NCBI GenBank assembly: GCA_028709305.1
Contig: JAQVXE010000002.1
Location: 4,097-68,096 of the forward strand
Direction: 5' to 3'
Source of the DNA: Bacillota bacterium
GTDB taxonomy: Bacteria > Bacillota > DTU025
Length of the DNA: 64,000 bases
Made by a program: the position numbers and the translations under genes. The notes under the pieces were generated by a model. The model made no database searches. It had not been told where the DNA came from and saw only the letters and a list, made by a program, of their open reading frames with translations. Below are positions 58,063 to 64,000 of the stretch, piece by piece. Positions within the stretch are counted from its first letter, which is position 1. Each line of letters opens with the position of its first letter.

Positions 58063-58088
58063 TGGCTCCCTCCTATTCGCCCGATTCC
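58063..58088 (-). promoter_or_regulatory. GC-rich stem-loop between tuf and rpsJ
   Basis: GTGGGGGCGGGA / TCCCGCCCCCAC, 11-12 bp. On the minus strand it sits just upstream of the rpsJ ribosome-binding site, and no U tract follows it on that strand. On the plus strand a U-rich stretch follows. Confidence 0.35.
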
Positions 58089-58233
58089 TTTAGCGGACAT
58101 ACTCCACAGAAGTTACTCCCACGGTGCCACCGTGCAGACAATCTCCCGCTTCATCGCAGATTGTGGGGGCGGGACTTCCCGCCCCCACAGAATCACAGTT
58201 TTACAGTTTTCCTCTTTTAGAACTGCGATAGAC

Positions 58234-59436
58234 CTACTCGATAATCGACGCCACTGCACCGGCTCCCACTGTGCGGCCACCCTCACGGATAGCAAAGCGG
58301 AGTCCGGGCTCCATAGCAATCGGAGTAATCAGGCTGATTGTCATGACCGTGTTGTCGCCAGGCATCACCATCTCGGTGCCCTCAGGAAGCTGGACGTTTC
58401 CAGTAACGTCTGTCGTCCTGAAGTAGAACTGCGGACGATAGCCGTTGAAGAACGGAGTATGTCGGCCGCCCTCTTCCTTCGTCAACACGTATACCTGAGC
58501 TGTAAACTTCGTGTGCGGAGTGATAGACCCGGGCTTTGCCAGCACCTGGCCGCGCTCCACTTCATCCCTGTCAATGCCACGAAGCAAGCATCCGACGTTG
58601 TCGCCTGCAACACCCTGATCAAGGAGCTTACGGAACATCTCAACACCAGTAACAACCGTCTTCCTTGGCTCAGGCATGAGGCCGACTATGTGCACCTCAT
58701 CGCCGACCTTGACAATCCCGCGCTCGACTCTGCCTGTGACGACAGTGCCGCGCCCAGTAATTGTGAAAACGTCCTCAATCGGCATGAGGAACGGTTTCTC
58801 GGTTTCGCGCTCCGGCTCTGGGAAATAGGCATCGATGGCTTCAACGAGCTTCCAGATCTGGCCGCACCACTCGCAGTCCTTCGAGCCGCATGAACACTCG
58901 CCAGCCTTCAGCGCTGACAACGGAACTACAGGAATCTCATCTCCTGGGAACTCATACTCGTTGAGCAGATCCCTGACCTCCAGTTCTACTAGCTCAAGGA
59001 GTTCTGGGTCGTCAACCATGTCTACCTTGTTCAAGGCCACCACGATCGACGGAACGCCAACCTGACGAGCAAGCAAGATATGCTCGCGCGTCTGCGGCAT
59101 CGGGCCGTCAGCGGCTGACACCACAAGAATCGCTCCGTCCATCTGCGCAGCTCCGGTAATCATGTTCTTGATGTAGTCTGCGTGCCCAGGACAGTCGACG
59201 TGAGCATAGTGACGGTTTGGCGTCTCATACTCAACGTGGGACGTGCTGATCGTGATCCCACGAGCCTTCTCCTCGGGCGCCTTGTCGATCTTGTCAAAGT
59301 CCATGAACTCAGCAAACCCATTCTTCGCCAGGACATTTGTGAGCGCCGACGTCAGCGTCGTTTTGCCGTGGTCGACGTGCCCTATTGTCCCGATGTTAAG
59401 GTGGGGCTTGGTCCTTTCAAACTTCTGCTTGGCCAT
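58234..59436 (-). CDS. tuf: elongation factor Tu, carrying a four-cysteine insertion
   Basis: About 400 aa from the ATG at 59436, with GGGAGGA upstream, and with the G domain motifs [10 protein letters not shown] and NKVD. Where E. coli has ALEGDAEWEAKILEL, this protein has [26 protein letters not shown]. Confidence 0.95.
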   Translation of the reverse strand: MAKQKFERTKPHLNIGTIGHVDHGKTTLTSALTNVLAKNGFAEFMDFDKIDKAPEEKARGITISTSHVEYETPNRHYAHVDCPGHADYIKNMITGAAQMDGAILVVSAADGPMPQTREHILLARQVGVPSIVVALNKVDMVDDPELLELVELEVRDLLNEYEFPGDEIPVVPLSALKAGECSCGSKDCEWCGQIWKLVEAIDAYFPEPERETEKPFLMPIEDVFTITGRGTVVTGRVERGIVKVGDEVHIVGLMPEPRKTVVTGVEMFRKLLDQGVAGDNVGCLLRGIDRDEVERGQVLAKPGSITPHTKFTAQVYVLTKEEGGRHTPFFNGYRPQFYFRTTDVTGNVQLPEGTEMVMPGDNTVMTISLITPIAMEPGLRFAIREGGRTVGAGAVASIIE

Positions 59437-59460
59437 TTCTTTCAATCCTCCCTTGCATTC

Positions 59461-61548
59461 TCAGGACAAAACTCCTCGGTATCGCCGCATGATCTCCACA
59501 GCTAGGTTCTGGGGGATCTGCTCGTACCTGAGAAAATGCATTGTGTGGTTCGCCCTCCCCTGCGATAGTGACCTCACGGTTGTGGCGTAACCAAACATTT
59601 CTGCCAGTGGAACCTGCGCCCTTATGACCTGATTGGGGCCAATATTCTCCAGGGCAGTAACCTTGCCCCGTCGGGCGCCGAGATCCGCCATTATGTCACC
59701 AACATAAACCTCAGGAGTCTCTATCTCCACTCTCATGATTGGCTCCAAGAGCGCTGCTCCAGCACGCTCCATGGCTTCCTTGAAAGCCAAGGACCCTGCA
59801 ATCTTGAATGAAAGCTCCGAGGAATCTACCTCGTGATAAGAACCGTCAACAAGCGCAACTGTCACATCAACGACTGGATATCCTGCGAGAACCCCTGTGC
59901 CTGCTGCTTCCTGGATGCCCTTCTCAACTGCGGGTATGAAGTCCCTGGGGATCGCGCCTCCCACGACCTTGTTTTCAAAGACGATACCGGATCCTCGAAC
60001 CCCCGGCTCCAGCTCCAAAATGACATGGCCGTACTGTCCGCGTCCACCAGTCTGCCTCACGAACCTTCCTTCATGCCTCACTGGGCAGGTTATCGTCTCC
60101 CTGTATGCGACCTGAGGTTTGCCCACATTCGCCTGCACGCTGAATTCACGTAGCAGTCTGTCAACTATCACCTCAAGGTGCAGTTCGCCCATGCCAGAGA
60201 TGAGAGTCTGACCAGTCTCGCTGTCCGTTCGCACCTGGAACGTTGGATCCTCCTCAGCCAGTTTCCCCAGGGAAACCGCCAAACGCTCTTCATCATGCTT
60301 GCTCTTGGGCTCTACCGCAACCGATATTACGGGCTCCGGGAACTCCATACGTTCCAGCAGAAGCGGTTCACGCTCGTCGCAAAGTGTGTCGCCGGTGGTT
60401 GTGTTTCTGAGCCCAACCGCGGCAACGATATCTCCTGTGGAGACGAGCTCCAGTTCTTCTCTGTGGTTCGCGTGCATCCTGAGTATGCGCCCGAACCTCT
60501 CGCGTTTCCCTTTGGAGGCATTGTAGATTGTATCTCCAACCTTCACAACGCCTGAATAAACTCTGAAGTAAGCAAGCTTGCCCACATATGGATCTGTCGC
60601 GATCTTGAATGCAAGTCCGCAGAAAGGCTCATCATCAGATGGCCTTCGCTCAACCTCATCGTCCTTGCCCGACGGATCAACGCCAACTATAGGCGGCACT
60701 TCCACCGGTGACGGAAGATAGTCAACAATCGCATCGAGGAGAGACTGCACGCCCTTGTTTCTGTATGCTGACCCGCACAGAACCGGAGTCAGCTTCGCCG
60801 AGAGGGTCGCTCTACGCAACCCGGCGACGAGATCTTCCGAAGTGATCTCTTCGCCATTCACATACAACGCCATTACATGGTCGTCGTTCTCGGCTACCAT
60901 TTCCACAAGTCGCTCGCGCGCCTCTCTTGTGGCATCCTGCAGCTCCTCAGGCACCTCGGCAACCTGCCGATTCACTCCAAGGTCATCCATGTAGATGATA
61001 GCCTTCTGTGCGATCAAGTCAACCATCCCGGAAAACCGGTCCTCAGCTCCTATGGGAACCTGAACAGGCGCCGGCGTTCCCCCGAGTTTCTCACGAATCG
61101 CACGTACTGCCATGTCAAAATCGGCCCCAACTCGGTCCATCTTGTTGATAAAGGCTATCCTTGGCACTCCATATCTGTCAGCCTGCCGCCAAACCGTTTC
61201 CGATTGGGCCTGAACCCCTTCGGCAGCATCGAAAACAGCCACCGCGCCATCGAGCACTCTAAGCGATCGTTCGACCTCGACAGTAAAGTCCACGTGCCCG
61301 GGCGTGTCGATAATGTTTATCTGACAGTCTCGCCAGTCACACGTCGTTGCCGCGGAAGTAATGGTAATGCCTCGCTCCTGCTCCTGCACCATCCAGTCCA
61401 TCGTAGCCGTGCCGGAATCGACCTCGCCCAGACGGTGAACCCGACCGGTGTAGAAGAGAATACGCTCGGTTGTTGTGGTTTTCCCTGCATCAATGTGTGC
61501 CATGATGCCTATGTTTCTGATTTTCTCTGGTGGCGTCACCCCAAGCAT
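59461..61548 (-). CDS. fusA: elongation factor G
   Basis: 695 aa with [18 protein letters not shown]. Confidence 0.95.
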   Translation of the reverse strand: MLGVTPPEKIRNIGIMAHIDAGKTTTTERILFYTGRVHRLGEVDSGTATMDWMVQEQERGITITSAATTCDWRDCQINIIDTPGHVDFTVEVERSLRVLDGAVAVFDAAEGVQAQSETVWRQADRYGVPRIAFINKMDRVGADFDMAVRAIREKLGGTPAPVQVPIGAEDRFSGMVDLIAQKAIIYMDDLGVNRQVAEVPEELQDATREARERLVEMVAENDDHVMALYVNGEEITSEDLVAGLRRATLSAKLTPVLCGSAYRNKGVQSLLDAIVDYLPSPVEVPPIVGVDPSGKDDEVERRPSDDEPFCGLAFKIATDPYVGKLAYFRVYSGVVKVGDTIYNASKGKRERFGRILRMHANHREELELVSTGDIVAAVGLRNTTTGDTLCDEREPLLLERMEFPEPVISVAVEPKSKHDEERLAVSLGKLAEEDPTFQVRTDSETGQTLISGMGELHLEVIVDRLLREFSVQANVGKPQVAYRETITCPVRHEGRFVRQTGGRGQYGHVILELEPGVRGSGIVFENKVVGGAIPRDFIPAVEKGIQEAAGTGVLAGYPVVDVTVALVDGSYHEVDSSELSFKIAGSLAFKEAMERAGAALLEPIMRVEIETPEVYVGDIMADLGARRGKVTALENIGPNQVIRAQVPLAEMFGYATTVRSLSQGRANHTMHFLRYEQIPQNLAVEIMRRYRGVLS

Positions 61549-61582
61549 ACTTCTCCCCCCTTACGTGTACTGGATCCCGTGG

Positions 61583-62056
61583 CTACCATCTATAATGTGC
61601 AAAGGCCTTATTGGCTTCCGCCATTTTATGCATTTCTTCTTTCCTCTTGACCGAAGTTCCCGTGTTCTCTGAAGCGTCAATGATTTCTGAAGCAAACCGT
61701 TCAGCCATGGTCCTCTCCGGCCGCCTCCTGGCATTGCCAACTATCCACCTATAGGCAAGCGCCTTCCGCCTCTCCGGCCTTACTTCCGTTGGCACCTGAT
61801 AGGTTGCGCCTCCGACTCTACGGGCTCTGACCTCTAGCACTGGCATGACGTTCTTGACAGCACTTTCAAACACGTCAAGAGGTTCCTTGCCCGTTTTAGC
61901 CTGGATGATCTTTGCAGCCTCGTAGAAGATCGACTCGGCTACGCTCCTCTTGCCGTCGAGCATCAGCTTGCTTATGAGCTCGGAGACGAGCACGCTACCG
62001 TAGATCGGATCCGCAACTGCCTGATGCTTGACTATTGTACCTCGCCTTGGCATCAC
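61583..62056 (-). CDS. rpsG: 30S ribosomal protein S7
   Basis: 156-157 aa. Confidence 0.95.
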   Translation of the reverse strand: MMPRRGTIVKHQAVADPIYGSVLVSELISKLMLDGKRSVAESIFYEAAKIIQAKTGKEPLDVFESAVKNVMPVLEVRARRVGGATYQVPTEVRPERRKALAYRWIVGNARRRPERTMAERFASEIIDASENTGTSVKRKEEMHKMAEANKAFAHYRW

Positions 62057-62088
62057 TCACCCTCCCCTCGCACACTCGGCAACATTCA

Positions 62089-62502
62089 TTACTTCGGGCG
62101 CTTCGCGCCATACTTTGAGCGGCCCTGACGTCTATCTGCAACTCCAGCAGCATCGAGAGTGCCACGAACGATGTGATACCTGACTCCAGGTACATCCTTT
62201 ATGCGGCCGCCTCTGATTAGCACAACTGAGTGCTCCTGGAGATTATGCCCTTCACCAGGAATGTACGCTGTGACCTCAAGTCCATTAGTCAACCTAACCC
62301 TAGCAATCTTCCTAAGAGCCGAGTTCGGCTTCTTCGGTGTGGTAGTTCGCACTACGGTACATACTCCCCTGCGCTGCGGAGCGCCCTTCCCGTAGTTTAA
62401 CCTTCGGCTGAGGGAATTGTACTGGTACCTTAGGGCTGGCGACGTCGCCTTTGCCTTAGACTGCTTACGGCCCTTTCTCACTAGCTGGTTAATAGTCGGC
62501 AC
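62089..62502 (-). CDS. rpsL: 30S ribosomal protein S12, long Firmicutes-type form
   Basis: About 137 aa from the GTG at 62502, with GGAGGTG 7 nt upstream. Sequence [12 protein letters not shown] ... [10 protein letters not shown]. Confidence 0.95.
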   Translation of the reverse strand: MPTINQLVRKGRKQSKAKATSPALRYQYNSLSRRLNYGKGAPQRRGVCTVVRTTTPKKPNSALRKIARVRLTNGLEVTAYIPGEGHNLQEHSVVLIRGGRIKDVPGVRYHIVRGTLDAAGVADRRQGRSKYGAKRPK

Positions 62503-62586
62503 AATCACCCACCTCCTTCCCGTAGATTCAGACACTGCAGACACAACATGCCCCTTCCACCCAGAGATAGGTGCAAGGGACACTTT

Positions 62587-62835
62587 CTACTCATGCAGTA
62601 TCGCGGCAGAAGCCGCACCCACATCAATTCCGCATGCCTTGCCTAGTTCTTCCATGGTATCAATCATGACAATGGGAACGCCGTTTTTTGCACAGAGCGC
62701 TTTGACGTCCCGAATAACATGCTCTTCAGCATCGCTCGCGATATACACTGCGCTAACGCACCCTTTCTCCAAAGCCCTTACCGTCTGCTTCGTGCCGATG
62801 ACTCGAGTTCCGGCATCGGCAAGCCCTTGGTTCAT
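62587..62835 (-). CDS. L7Ae-family ribosomal protein (YbxF/RplGB-like)
   Basis: 82 aa with the L7Ae/L30e fold motifs. It sits between rpoC and rpsL as in Bacillus. Confidence 0.8.
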   Translation of the reverse strand: MNQGLADAGTRVIGTKQTVRALEKGCVSAVYIASDAEEHVIRDVKALCAKNGVPIVMIDTMEELGKACGIDVGAASAAILHE

Positions 62836-63077
62836 GGGTGGTTATCGCTCCCTTCGGCATATCTTTTCACGCGCCATCCTTAGACGCTCAGACAGTTTTA
62901 TATTTTACCATCAGGCCCTGGGCCTGTCAAGGGTGCAATCCACGCTTTTCCGAGAAGCGCCGTTCTCGGATCGCTGGCGCGACCCCTGGGTTTCAAGGAC
63001 AAGCCGCACATCGCTGACTGACTGTCAGCAACGCGCGGCCAAGCTACCCAATTCCGCACGTCAATTTCTGATTCGCC

Positions 63078-64000
63078 TTACGGCTGAGCCTGCGAAGCAG
63101 ACTCGCTAAGCGCCTCGGTAATCTCCTTGCCGAGATGCTCCGCAAGCGGCGCTCCAAGTGAATCCGTCCGCGCGCGGGAGCCTGAAGATGCAGCTTCTTT
63201 GAGGTCACGCCGGGCCTTATCGGCACTTGCGACGTCTCGTTCAACCTCCCTGGCAGCTTCCGCTGACGCCAGGACCTTGATGTTGCGATATCTTGGCATT
63301 CCCGTACCTGCTGGCACCAGCTTCCCTATGATGACGTTTTCCTTCAGCCCTATGAGTTCATCGCACTTGCCCTTCATCGCAGCATCCGTAAGCACCCTCG
63401 TAGTCTCCTGGAATGACGCCGCCGACAGGAAGCTGTCAGTCTGCAGTGACGCCTTGGTGATTCCGAGAAGCGCCGGCTTGCATGTGGCCGGCTTCAGCCC
63501 GTTTTCCTCTGCCTCAGCATTGGTGTCTTCGAACCTGAAGATGTCGACCAATTCCCCGGGGAGCAGATCCGTATCTCCCGGATTCTCCACCTTCACCTTG
63601 CGCATCATCTGTCTGACTACTACCTCAATATGCTTGTCATTTATCTCAACACCCTGTGAGCGGTAGACATCCTGCACTTCTCTGACTACATACTGCTGCA
63701 CAGCTACTGCCCCGCGGATACGCAGGATGTCGTGGGGGTTAAGCGAGCCTTCGGTAAGCTTCTGGCCCGGCTCCACTTTCTGCCCCTCTCGAACCTCGAG
63801 CCGCGCGCCGTATGGCACTGAGTATTCGTGAGCCTCACCTGATGGCTCAGTTATGACTATCTTGCGTGATCCCTTTGCCTCCACTATGCTCGCTTCACCG
63901 GCGTGCTCAGTGATTATGGCAAGGCCTTTCGGCTTTCTGGCCTCAAAGAGCTCCTCAACTCGAGGCAGACCCCTGGTGATGTCGTCGCCAGCAACTCCGC
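63078..64000 (-). CDS. rpoC: DNA-directed RNA polymerase beta' subunit, C-terminal part; the gene continues beyond the window
   Basis: Hand translation beyond the listed ORF start, as far as the window end, gives [22 protein letters not shown], a conserved beta' segment. The end of the protein is an acidic tail. Confidence 0.9.
   Translation of the reverse strand, partial: GVAGDDITRGLPRVEELFEARKPKGLAIITEHAGEASIVEAKGSRKIVITEPSGEAHEYSVPYGARLEVREGQKVEPGQKLTEGSLNPHDILRIRGAVAVQQYVVREVQDVYRSQGVEINDKHIEVVVRQMMRKVKVENPGDTDLLPGELVDIFRFEDTNAEAEENGLKPATCKPALLGITKASLQTDSFLSAASFQETTRVLTDAAMKGKCDELIGLKENVIIGKLVPAGTGMPRYRNIKVLASAEAAREVERDVASADKARRDLKEAASSGSRARTDSLGAPLAEHLGKEITEALSESASQAQP

Noticed and set aside
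62836-63077. Hairpins in the rpoC/L7Ae intergenic region, such as CCGAGAA-N6-TTCTCGG and GCTGAC-TGACT-GTCAGC.
   Set aside because: Neither is followed by a U tract on the transcribed (minus) strand, and they are only 6-7-bp stems. They are more likely incidental or minor processing structures than a terminator, so they are not reported as features.
1-64000. CRISPR arrays, tRNA genes, rRNA genes, and insertion sequences or transposases.
   Set aside because: No run of regularly spaced direct repeats is present, and no GGTTCGAATCC-type T-loop with a cloverleaf context was found. No transposase or integrase-like ORF appears in any frame. The repeats that are present are short palindromes in intergenic regions.

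Overview
This is a high-GC bacterial chromosomal segment, about 58-60% GC judged by eye, whose gene order is that of a Firmicutes-like lineage. The evidence is a KOW-domain ybzG-like gene between map and infA, an L7Ae-family gene between rpoC and rpsL, and ecfA1-ecfA2-ecfT-truA-rplM-rpsI following rplQ.

The right-hand 26 kb (38.3-64 kb, all on the minus strand) is the conserved translation cluster, reading in transcription order. It runs from the rpoC 3' end through L7Ae, rpsL, rpsG, fusA, tuf, the S10 operon (rpsJ-rpsQ), the spc operon (rplN-secY-adk-map), ybzG-like, infA, rpmJ, rpsM, rpsK, rpsD, rpoA, rplQ, ecfA1, ecfA2, ecfT, truA and rplM to rpsI.

The left 38 kb is a mixed housekeeping and accessory region. 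It carries:
- aspartate aminotransferase;
- a tightly packed folE2 / ABC-F / tldD / tldE operon;
- a fused sugar-1-phosphate nucleotidyltransferase/phosphohexomutase;
- a dipicolinate-synthase-A-like gene translationally coupled to a GidA/TrmFO-superfamily flavoprotein, with no canonical dpaB;
- a LemA-TPM pair;
- a BMP-family nucleoside ABC transporter;
- a PIN-toxin / excisionase-type-HTH toxin-antitoxin pair;
- a LexA (Cheo-box) controlled imuB-dnaE2 mutagenesis cassette with an extra small ORF;
- yigZ and alaX-L;
- a three-gene ABC-2 exporter beside a divergent small zinc-ribbon protein;
- an amidohydrolase plus a secreted protein;
- hbd and crt;
- a 999-aa phosphodiester-glycosidase-family surface protein.

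No rRNA, tRNA, CRISPR array or transposase was recognised. All functional calls rest on reading motifs in the supplied translations and sequence, since no database search was possible. Start codons were refined by hand where an internal start with a GGAGG-like ribosome-binding site was evident.
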